From Candidatus Latescibacterota bacterium (GTDB lineage Bacteria; Latescibacterota; UBA2968), in NCBI GenBank assembly GCA_965204745.1, contig OZ242010.1, positions 2,208,001-2,272,000 of the forward strand: 64,000 nucleotides of DNA, read 5' to 3'. Position 1 is the first letter of the stretch. The number at the start of each line of letters is the position of its first letter. Both the position numbers and the translations under genes were made by a program. This document shows positions 21,201-28,532 of the stretch, in pieces. The notes below the pieces were generated by a model. The model had not been told where the DNA came from and searched no databases. It saw only the letters and a list, made by a program, of their open reading frames with translations.

Positions 21201-22339
21201 CTCCGAAGATCCGGGATGTGGGTAGTGAGAGAAGGATAGTTCAAGAGATTACCCGGAAGATACACCGTTTTCAGGGTGGTGTGCCCCTTAAGCGGCGAGA
21301 TATCCGAGATAAGGTTGTTGTTAAGATACACCGTTGTCAGGCTGAGCCCCTTAAGCGGCGAGATATCCGAGATGCGGTTGGCGTAAAGCCACAGCACTTC
21401 CAAGCTGGTTAAGCCCGACAGGGCCGAGATATCAGAGATGCGGTTGTTGTTAAGATATAGACGTTCCAGGCTGGTTAAGCCCGACAGTGCCGAGATATCA
21501 GAGACGCTGATGCGGCCAAGATTCAGCACTTTCAGACTGGTTAAGCTCGACAGGGCCGAGATATCAGAGATGCTGGTGGTGCCGAAAAGATTCAGCACTT
21601 TCAGGCTGGTTAAGCCCGACAGTGCCGAGATATCAGAGATGCGGTTGTTGTCGAGACTCAACCATCTCAAGCTAGTGAGCCCCTGAAGCGACGAGATATC
21701 CGAGATGTGGTTGGCGGAAAGAGACAGATATATCAGGCTGGTGAGATCCTGAAGCGACGAGATATCCGAGATGCGGTTGTCGGAAAGAGACAGCGTGTCC
21801 AAATTGGTTGCATACTCCAGCCCGGTCAAATCACTAATGTTCTGATTCCTAGCATCGAGATCAGTCAGGGTCGCCATCTCGCTTGGGGTAATGATCGCAC
21901 CGCTCGATTTTTTTAGAGCTCTCTCAATGGCAGCACGCAAGGTGGCGTCGGGGATGTTCACGCCGCGCACAACGATCACTGTGTAGGTTTTCGTCGTGGT
22001 GCTATCCTCTGCGGCAACCACTATGGTAATGGTGTTTTCGCCCACACTGAGGGAAATGGCACTGCTGGCACTGCCACTCGATACCGAAGTGCCGTTCACC
22101 GTGATCGTGGCGCCGTTGTGGTTGCTCGTCGGCGTGACGGTCAGGCTGTCGATGCTGTTCGCCACGGTCGCGGTGTAGGAGAGAGAGTCACGCACAAAGG
22201 CCGGATCCAGCGTCCCTGCCGAGAGCGTCAGGCCGCTCAAATCCGCATCGCTTGAAGCGGTATTCTGCGCGGCGGATTCGCCACAAACAACGAGCAGGGT
22301 GCAGAGCATAAGAACGGATCTAAAAGAGCGATAGATCAT
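18242..22339 (-). CDS. Secreted LRR surface protein: SP-CadBS-LRR-Big-CadBS-LRR-Big-Ig-like-FN3-dockerin-like x2
   Basis: Same modules as protein 1; ends in two LDVDGNGxVELFSDIILITRY repeats. Confidence 0.9.
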   Translation of the reverse strand: MIYRSFRSVLMLCTLLVVCGESAAQNTASSDADLSGLTLSAGTLDPAFVRDSLSYTATVANSIDSLTVTPTSNHNGATITVNGTSVSSGSASSAISLSVGENTITIVVAAEDSTTTKTYTVIVVRGVNIPDATLRAAIERALKKSSGAIITPSEMATLTDLDARNQNISDLTGLEYATNLDTLSLSDNRISDISSLQDLTSLIYLSLSANHISDISSLQGLTSLRWLSLDNNRISDISALSGLTSLKVLNLFGTTSISDISALSSLTSLKVLNLGRISVSDISALSGLTSLERLYLNNNRISDISALSGLTSLEVLWLYANRISDISPLKGLSLTTVYLNNNLISDISPLKGHTTLKTVYLPGNLLNYPSLTTHIPDLRSRGVGVSYDTRTLTSLVKISGDDQTGTAGSRLSDPLIVEVRDQNDVAFAGVLVAFSVTAGGGSLSTTTDTTDANGRASTRLTLGATGADTLGAAGVDTVVAAIDVSDIDKSVTFTATATGRTSSDADLSGLTLSAGTLDPAFARDSLSYTATVADSIDSLTVTPTSSYNGATITVNDTSVSSSSASSAISLSVGENTITIVVTAEDGTTTKTYTVTVVRGVNIPDANLRAAIEGALKKSSGAIITPSEMATLTRLVAVSQNISDLTGLEHATRLTTLNLDSNSVSDISALSGLTSLTFLDLSGSNISDVSPLSNLTNLRDLNLNSNLSISDVSPLSGLTSLSALHLSDNRISDISALSGLTSLIFLDLSDNRISDISALSGLTSLTDLRLSTNRISDISALSGLTYLTDLGLSTNRISDISALSGLTSLTRLYLGSNNISDISALSGLTSLTFLYLDTNRISDISALSGLTSLTGLFLRSNNISDISALSGLTSLTGLWLTGNPLNYPSLATHIPALQSRGVDVRYDTRTLTSLVKISGDDQTGTASSRLSDPFIVEVRDQNAVAFAGVPVAFSVTAGGGSLSTTTDTTDANGRASTRLTLGATGADTLGAAGVDTVVAAIDVSNIDKSVTFTATAEGVAISSTVPDALTETNLDGAKVNITLTGATYNETLAANHFALHTAPQGASISGTPVRTSATVAQLTLAYTGLGFDANQSLRVTVKAAAHSGSEDLTTGSVTVTPAQGTGPVTVVTEPGQVTGVEVTPGVGYLGVSWNAVNGATGYKVQWKSGEALYSSDRQQIIDNGSKTSATIAGLTAGTEYTVRVIATLTNADDGPPSVGVTGTPSARTTSPPSPVTLTDDDTPSANLDVDGNGRVELFSDIILITRYVLFFREEALINRAVSLDATRTTPQDIESYIAILVDQKILDVDGNGEVELFSDIILITRYVLFFREEALINRAVSSDATRTTPQDIESYIRSLYPASHFQ

Positions 22340-22389
22340 GATGAACTCCTGTCAAAAAGAGTGATACTGCTGGTGACGCCGTTGGGTAA

Positions 22390-22419
22390 AATATACGCGA
22401 TTTAGGATACGACAGTCAA
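22390..22419 (-). promoter_or_regulatory. Sigma70-like promoter TTGACT-N18-TATATT
   Basis: Reverse complement TTGACTGTCGTATCCTAAATCGCGTATATT; identical copy upstream of next paralogue. Confidence 0.7.
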
Positions 22420-22457
22420 TTTTTTTGGCATTTGATGCGAACATCGTTTTTCGTGCG

Positions 22458-25400
22458 TCAACCGCCAGTGCCGAAATTGCTGGCGAAGATCAGGAAATCG
22501 GAAAATCCAATTTCGCCATCGCTGTCGAGATCGTACCGCGCATCGTACTCCGCATCGCCTCGGCGCGTCCCAAACTTGCCGACAAAGGACAAGAAGTCGG
22601 CAAAATCAACCTGACCATCGCCATCGATGTCGGCGGTTGGTCGTTGCACTTCAAGGGTGAACGTCAGCGAAGCACTATCGCCATCTGCATCCAACGCCGA
22701 CAAAGTGTATTCGGTCTCGGTCAGCACCCTGCTCGGCATACCGGAAATCGTGCGCGTGGCCGAGTCGAACCGCAACCCGCTCGGTAGGAACGGCAGTAGG
22801 ATATAGACTAGCGTGCCATCGCCGCCGGTGGCTTCGGGCAGGGTCACGCGGATGCTGTCCCCGATGATGTAGCGTTGCGCGGCAACCCGTGTCGAAGTGC
22901 CAAAGGCAGGCAGTCGGTCCGCTATAACCGAGATCGTGAACGTCAATGTCGCTCCATCGCCATCTGTTGCCAGCGTGTATTCGGTTTCATCCATCACCTC
23001 GCGTGGCGTGCCAGCAATGACTCGCGTTGTCGCGTCAAAGGTCAACCCCGATGGCAGATCGGGCGTCAGGCTATAAGTCAGCGTTCCATAGCCGCCGGTT
23101 ACCTGCGGCAAAGTGATGCTGATGGTCGTCCCAGCCGTGAGCGTCAGGCCGATAAAATCCGCGGGCGTCCCCGTCACGCCCACCGAGGGCGGGCCATCGT
23201 CGGCATTGGTCAAGGTGGCTATGACGCGCACAGTGTATTCCGTGCCCGCGGTCAGACCGGGGATTGTCGAACTCGTCGTACCGCCGTTGCCGATGACTCG
23301 CTGACGGTCGGAGGCGTACACCGCATCCTCGGATTTCCACTGCACTTTGTAACCGGTCGCCCCGTTCACCGCATTCCAGGACACATCCAAATATCTCACG
23401 CCGGACATGACTTCCACACCCGTCACTTGAGCCAGTTCTGTCACCACCGTGCCCGGCCCCGTCACCTGCGCGGGCGTCACGGTGACCGATTCTGTCGTCA
23501 AGTCCCCGCTACCGGAATGGGCCGCGGCCTTCACGGTCACGCGCAAGCTCTGATTCGCGTCAAAACCCAACCCGGTATAAGCGAGCGTCAGTTGGGCGAC
23601 TGTGGCGGAGGTTCTGACGGGCGTACCGCTGATGCTCGCGCCCTGAGGTGCGGTGTGCAATGCGAAGTGGTCGGCGTCGAGAGTCTCGTTGTAGGTGGTG
23701 CCGGTCAAGGTGATGTTGACTTTTGCCCCGTCGAGATTTGCCGCTGTCAGCGCGTCCGGAACCGTCGATGATATCGCTGCCTCCTCTACCGTTGTCCCAC
23801 CGGTTGCCGTGGCAGTGAAATTCACGGACTTGTCAATGTCCGTGACGTCGATAGCCGCCACAACCGTGTCCACGCCCGCAGCACCTAACGTCAACCTCGT
23901 CGAGGCACGCCCGTCGGCGTCGGTTGCATCGGTTGTGGTACTGAGTGCCCCACCGCCGCCTGTAACTGAAAAAGCGACCGGCACCCCGGCAAAGGCGACG
24001 TCGTTCTGATCCCGCACTTCAACGATGAACGGATCGGACAGGCGAGAACCAGCCGTGCCGGTTTGGTCATCGCCCGAGATTTTTACCAAACTGGTCAAGG
24101 TGCGGGCATCGTAACTCACATAAACGCTTCGGGACTCAAAGGCGGGGATATGCGTGGCGAGGGAAGGATAGGTCAAAAAATTACCACTAAGATACAACTC
24201 GGTCAGGCTAGTTAAGCCGGATAGCGACGAGATGTCCGAGACGTTGGTGTTGGAAAGACTCAACTCTCTCAGGCTGGTAAGCCCTTGAAGCGACGAAATA
24301 TCCGAGACGCCGGTGTAGGAAAGCCCCAGCGAGAACAGGCTGAGACCTTGAAGCGGCGAGATATCCGAGACGTTGGTGTTGGAAAGACTCAGTTCTCTCA
24401 GGCTGGAGAGACCCTTAAGCGGCGAGATATCCGAGACGTTGGTGTAGATAAGACGCAGAGATATCAGGCTATTAAGCCCTTGAAGTGCCGAGATATCCGA
24501 GACGCTGTTTTGGCTAAAAGACAGCGAGGTCAGGCTGGTTAAGCCCGACAGGGCCGAGATATCCGAGATGCGGTTGTCGGAAAGATGCAGAACTGTCAGG
24601 CTATTAAGCCCTTGAAGCGACGAAATATCCGAGATGCGGTTGCCCGCAAGATCCAGCGCGGTCAGACTAATTGCATGTTCCAACCCGGTCAAATCGCTAA
24701 TTTCCCTCAAACTAAAATAAAGGTCAGTCATGGTCGCCATCTCACTTGGGGTAATGATCGCACCGCTCGATTTTTTCAGTGCGCCCTCAATGGCAGCACG
24801 CAAGTTGGCGTCGGGGATGTTCACGCCGCGCTCAACGGTCACTGTGTAGGTTTTCGTCGTGGTCCCATCTTCTGCTGTGACCACAATGGCAATGGTGTTT
24901 TCGCCCACACTGAGGGAAATGGCACTGCTCGCACTGCCACTCGATACCGAAGTGCCGTTCACCGTGATCGTGGCGCCGTTGTGGTTGCTCGTCGGCGTGA
25001 CGGTCAGACTGGTTGTGCTGTTCGCCACGGTCGCGGTGTAGGCGAGAGAGTCGCGGGCGAAGGCCGGAGCCAGCGTCCCTGCCGAGAGCGTCAGGCCGCT
25101 CAAATCCGCATCGTCAGACGAGGTAGGCGAGGGCGGGGTGGGCGGCGGCGAGGGCGGCTGAGTCCTGGCAATGGGCGTCCCCGTCACGCCCACCGAGGGC
25201 GGGCCATCGTCGGCATTGGTCAAGGTGGCGATGACGCACACAGTGTATTCCGTGCCCGCGGTCAGACCGGGGATTGTCGCACTCGTCGTGCCACCGTTGC
25301 CGATGACTTGCTGACGGTCGGAGGCGTACAACGCCTCCCCGGATTTCCACTGCACTTTGTAACCGGTCGCCCCATTCACCGCATTCCAGGACACATCCAA

Positions 25401-27212
25401 ATAGCCCTCGCCGGGCGTGACTGTCACACCCGTCACTTGCCCCACTTCTGTCACCACTGTGACCGGCCCCGTCACCTGCGCGGGCGTCACGGTGACCGAT
25501 CCCGTCGTCAAGTCCCCGCTACCGGAATGGGCCGCGGCCTTCACGGTCACGCGCAAGCTCTGATTCGCGTCAAAACCCAACCCGGTATAAGTGAGCGTCA
25601 GTTGGGCGACGGTGGCGGAGGTTCTGACGGGCGTACCGCTGATGCTCGCGCCCTGAGGTGCGGTGTGCAATGCGAAGTGGTCGGCGTCGAGAGTCTCGTT
25701 GTAGGTGGTGCCGGTCAGGGTAATGTTGACTTTTGCCCCGTCGAGATTTGCCTCTGTCAGCGCGTCCGGAACCGTCGATGAGATCGTTGCCCCCTCTACC
25801 GTTGTCCCACCGGTTGCCGTGGCAGTGAAAGTCACGGACTTGTCAATGTCCGAGACGTCGATAATTGCCTTAACTGTATTCGCGCCCGCAGCACCTAACG
25901 TCAACCTCGTCGAGGCACGCCCGTCGGCGTCGGTTGCATCGGTTGTGGTACTGAGCGACCCGCCGCCCGCCGTGACCGAAAAAGCGACCGGCACCCCGGC
26001 AAAGGCGACGTCGTTCTGATCCCGCACTTCAACGATGAACGGATCGGACAGACGAGAACTAGCCGTGCCGGTTTGGTCATCGCCCGAGATTTTTACCAAA
26101 CTGGTCAAGGTGCGGGCATCGTAGCTCACATAAACGCCTCGGGACCGAAAGGCGGGGATATGCGTGGCGAGGGAAGGATAGGTCAAAAAATTACCACTAA
26201 GATACAACTCGGTCAGGCTAGTTAAGCCGGATAGCGACGAGATGTCCGAGACGCCGGTGTTGGAAAGACTCAACTCTCTCAGGCTGGTAAGCCCTTGAAG
26301 CGACGAAATATCCGAGACGTTGGTGTAGGAAAGCCCCAGCGAGAACAGGCTGAGACCCTTAAGCGGCGAGATATCCGAGACGTTGGTGTTGGAAAGACTC
26401 AGATCTCTCAAGCTGGAGAGACCCTTAAGCGGCGAGATATCCGAGACGTTGGTGTAGATAAGACGCAGAGATATCAGGCTGTTAAGCCCTTGAAGTGCCG
26501 AGATATCCGAGACGCTGTTTTGGCTAAAAGACAGCGAGGTCAGGCTGGTTAAGCCCGACAGGGCCGAGATATCCGAGATACGGTTGTCGGAAAGATGCAG
26601 AACTGTCAGGCTGGTAAGCCCTTGAAGCGACGAAATATCCGAGATGCGATTGCCGGCAAGATCCAGCGCGGTCAGACTAATTGCATGTTCCAGCCCGGTC
26701 AAATCGCTAATTCCCCTCGAACTAAAATAAAGGCCAGTCAAGGTCGCCATCTCACTTGGGGTAATGATCGCACCGCTCGATTTTTTCAGTGCGCCCTCAA
26801 TGGCAGCACGCAAGTTGGCGTCGGGGATGTTCACGCCGCGCTCAACGGTCACTGTGTAGGTTTTCGTCGTGGTCCCATCTTCTGCGGCAACCACAATGGC
26901 AATGGTGTTTTCGCCCACACCGAGGGAAATGGCACTGCTCGCACTGCCGCTCGATACCGAAGTGCCGTTCACCGTGATCGTGGCGCCGTTGTGATTGCTC
27001 GTCGGCGTGACGGTCAGGCTGGTTGTATTGTTCGCCACGGTCGTGGTGTAGGCGAGCGAGTCGCGGGCGAAGGCCGGATCCAGCGTCCCTGCCGAGAGCG
27101 TCAGGCCGCTCAAATCCGCATCGCTTGAAGCGGTATTCTGCGCGGCGGATTCGCCACAGACAACGAGCAGGGCGCAGAGCAGAAGAACGGAGCTAAAAGG
27201 GCGATAGGTCAT
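22458..27212 (-). CDS. Secreted LRR surface protein: SP-[CadBS-LRR-Big-Ig-like-FN3]x2-He_PIG x2-EF-hand pair
   Basis: Internal duplication 23163-25113 / 25173-27123 (period 2010 bp); same modules as paralogues. Confidence 0.9.
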   Translation of the reverse strand: MTYRPFSSVLLLCALLVVCGESAAQNTASSDADLSGLTLSAGTLDPAFARDSLAYTTTVANNTTSLTVTPTSNHNGATITVNGTSVSSGSASSAISLGVGENTIAIVVAAEDGTTTKTYTVTVERGVNIPDANLRAAIEGALKKSSGAIITPSEMATLTGLYFSSRGISDLTGLEHAISLTALDLAGNRISDISSLQGLTSLTVLHLSDNRISDISALSGLTSLTSLSFSQNSVSDISALQGLNSLISLRLIYTNVSDISPLKGLSSLRDLSLSNTNVSDISPLKGLSLFSLGLSYTNVSDISSLQGLTSLRELSLSNTGVSDISSLSGLTSLTELYLSGNFLTYPSLATHIPAFRSRGVYVSYDARTLTSLVKISGDDQTGTASSRLSDPFIVEVRDQNDVAFAGVPVAFSVTAGGGSLSTTTDATDADGRASTRLTLGAAGANTVKAIIDVSDIDKSVTFTATATGGTTVEGATISSTVPDALTEANLDGAKVNITLTGTTYNETLDADHFALHTAPQGASISGTPVRTSATVAQLTLTYTGLGFDANQSLRVTVKAAAHSGSGDLTTGSVTVTPAQVTGPVTVVTEVGQVTGVTVTPGEGYLDVSWNAVNGATGYKVQWKSGEALYASDRQQVIGNGGTTSATIPGLTAGTEYTVCVIATLTNADDGPPSVGVTGTPIARTQPPSPPPTPPSPTSSDDADLSGLTLSAGTLAPAFARDSLAYTATVANSTTSLTVTPTSNHNGATITVNGTSVSSGSASSAISLSVGENTIAIVVTAEDGTTTKTYTVTVERGVNIPDANLRAAIEGALKKSSGAIITPSEMATMTDLYFSLREISDLTGLEHAISLTALDLAGNRISDISSLQGLNSLTVLHLSDNRISDISALSGLTSLTSLSFSQNSVSDISALQGLNSLISLRLIYTNVSDISPLKGLSSLRELSLSNTNVSDISPLQGLSLFSLGLSYTGVSDISSLQGLTSLRELSLSNTNVSDISSLSGLTSLTELYLSGNFLTYPSLATHIPAFESRSVYVSYDARTLTSLVKISGDDQTGTAGSRLSDPFIVEVRDQNDVAFAGVPVAFSVTGGGGALSTTTDATDADGRASTRLTLGAAGVDTVVAAIDVTDIDKSVNFTATATGGTTVEEAAISSTVPDALTAANLDGAKVNITLTGTTYNETLDADHFALHTAPQGASISGTPVRTSATVAQLTLAYTGLGFDANQSLRVTVKAAAHSGSGDLTTESVTVTPAQVTGPGTVVTELAQVTGVEVMSGVRYLDVSWNAVNGATGYKVQWKSEDAVYASDRQRVIGNGGTTSSTIPGLTAGTEYTVRVIATLTNADDGPPSVGVTGTPADFIGLTLTAGTTISITLPQVTGGYGTLTYSLTPDLPSGLTFDATTRVIAGTPREVMDETEYTLATDGDGATLTFTISVIADRLPAFGTSTRVAAQRYIIGDSIRVTLPEATGGDGTLVYILLPFLPSGLRFDSATRTISGMPSRVLTETEYTLSALDADGDSASLTFTLEVQRPTADIDGDGQVDFADFLSFVGKFGTRRGDAEYDARYDLDSDGEIGFSDFLIFASNFGTGG

Positions 27213-27263
27213 GATGATACTCCTCTCAAAAAGAGTGATACTGCTGGTAATCCCATTAAAAAA

Positions 27264-27293
27264 AATATACGCGATTTAGGATACGACAGTCAA
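27264..27293 (-). promoter_or_regulatory. Sigma70-like promoter TTGACT-N18-TATATT (second copy)
   Basis: Identical to 22390-22419; AGGAG RBS before ATG 27212. Confidence 0.7.
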
Positions 27294-27389
27294 TTTTTTT
27301 GGCATTTGACTTGATCGACAACGGTGTTGCCCTTTCGAAAAAAGAAAATGCTCATCTGCATACCAATGGCGTTCAAATAGCGTTCAAGG

Positions 27390-27527
27390 TCCCCAAAGGT
27401 GAAACTCCCGAATTGATTAGATCGACAAAACGCTATAAATTATCGAGCACAGCACCCAATTCGCGGGGATGATTTTTTTTGTTTTGAAACGCGCTCGGTA
27501 TCTTTCTGTGCCTTCCAACTTCCACAT
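27390..27527 (-). pseudogene. Possible decayed small gene (RelE-like toxin?)
   Basis: MWKLEGTERYRARFK, then a frame change at an A-run to KNHPRELGAVLDNL*RFVDL; family call is recollection only. Confidence 0.3.
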
Positions 27528-27570
27528 AGCCAAGATATTCTCTCACCTCTCACCTTTGGGATGTGGGATT

Positions 27571-27589
27571 AATCCGCGATTCAGACAAA
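27571..27589 (+). repeat. 19-bp repeat AATCCGCGATTCAGACAAA left of TA module
   Basis: Exact copy at 28331-28349; 17-bp copy at 52236-52252. Confidence 0.9.
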
Positions 27590-27602
27590 GTTGTTCTGTC
27601 CC

Positions 27603-27630
27603 TTGACATTTTCTTTTTTCATCGTACAAT
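27603..27630 (+). promoter_or_regulatory. Sigma70-like promoter TTGACA-N16-TACAAT of TA operon
   Basis: Near-consensus hexamers followed by AAAGGAGG. Confidence 0.7.
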
Positions 27631-27654
27631 AGATGGTATCTAAAGGAGGTCGTT

Positions 27655-28056
27655 CTGAACATTGTGATTGACACGTCAGCGATTATTGCGGTGATCGTCG
27701 CTGAACCCGAGAGAGACGCGATTATTGCGGCGACATGGGGGCACGCACTTATCGGCCCCGGTTCTATTCCTTGGGAAATTGGGAATGCCTTCTCGGCGAT
27801 GATAAAGCAACGTCGCGTCAATGTTGCAGATGCCCAGCAGGGGCTGGAGATTTTCGACAGCATCCCGTTGCGATATGTGGATGTTGACATGGCAAATGTC
27901 CTGTCTATCGTTGCCCGAGTAAACGCGTACGCTTATGATGCCTACTTTTTGGACTGCGCCTTGCAACAGGCGGCCCCTTTGTTGACATTGGATCGATCTC
28001 TTAGACGTGCCGCAGGTACCCTCGGCGTCGATCTCATTGATTTGGAGAAAAAATAA
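27655..28056 (+). CDS. PIN-domain (VapC-like) toxin
   Basis: IVIDTSA, WEIGNA, AYDAYFL, LLTLD acidic PIN residues; start CTG 27655 or GTG 27664. Confidence 0.9.
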   Translation: MNIVIDTSAIIAVIVAEPERDAIIAATWGHALIGPGSIPWEIGNAFSAMIKQRRVNVADAQQGLEIFDSIPLRYVDVDMANVLSIVARVNAYAYDAYFLDCALQQAAPLLTLDRSLRRAAGTLGVDLIDLEKK

Positions 28057-28057
28057 A

Positions 28058-28321
28058 ATGGCAGTCTATACGTACTCAGAAGCCAGACAGAAACTCGCCA
28101 GCGTGCTCGATGAAGCCGAGACTACGGGTAAGGTTCTCATTCGCAGAAAAGATGGCAGGACGTATGCCCTGGTGCCAGAGCACTCACCCACATCACCCCT
28201 GAATGTTCCCGCTATTGAGGCGGACATCTCCACGCGGGAAATCGTCACACTCGTCAGGGAGCAAAGAGGCAAAACAAGGGGCGTTGGGACGAAGGGCGGG
28301 GTTAATCCGCACAATTCATAA
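28058..28321 (+). CDS. Phd/YefM-type antitoxin
   Basis: YTYSEARQKLASVLDEA..G.VLIRRKDG; starts 1 nt after the toxin stop. Confidence 0.88.
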   Translation: MAVYTYSEARQKLASVLDEAETTGKVLIRRKDGRTYALVPEHSPTSPLNVPAIEADISTREIVTLVREQRGKTRGVGTKGGVNPHNS

Positions 28322-28330
28322 CTCCGCGAC

Positions 28331-28389
28331 AATCCGCGATTCAGACAAACAACAAGCCCGAGTTCCTTGCGAACCCGGGCTTTTTGTTT
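28331..28389. terminator. 19-bp repeat fused to terminator hairpin copy 3 (right island boundary)
   Basis: 28347-28384 is identical over 38 bp to 9313-9350. Confidence 0.88.
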
Positions 28390-28532
28390 GGCGTAGGCGG
28401 ACGGATAACGGACGACGGACCGCTGACCGCGATTTAGAAAACAGTTGCTATTGTGGGCGTTTTGGGCGACTTTGGAAGTCGTTGTCTATCTTCGATTTTG
28501 TTGCGCGTTGTGAAACACAGAGGGTTACACCT

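Noticed and set aside
9376-27212. Complete diversity-generating retroelement
   Set aside because: No reverse transcriptase, Avd-like gene or non-coding template repeat in the window; kept only as a testable hypothesis
28203-28532. N-terminal extensions in the ORF track (also 50292-50480, 56078-56290, 53122-53184)
   Set aside because: They run through other genes, terminators or repeats; downstream starts with RBS or signal peptides fit better
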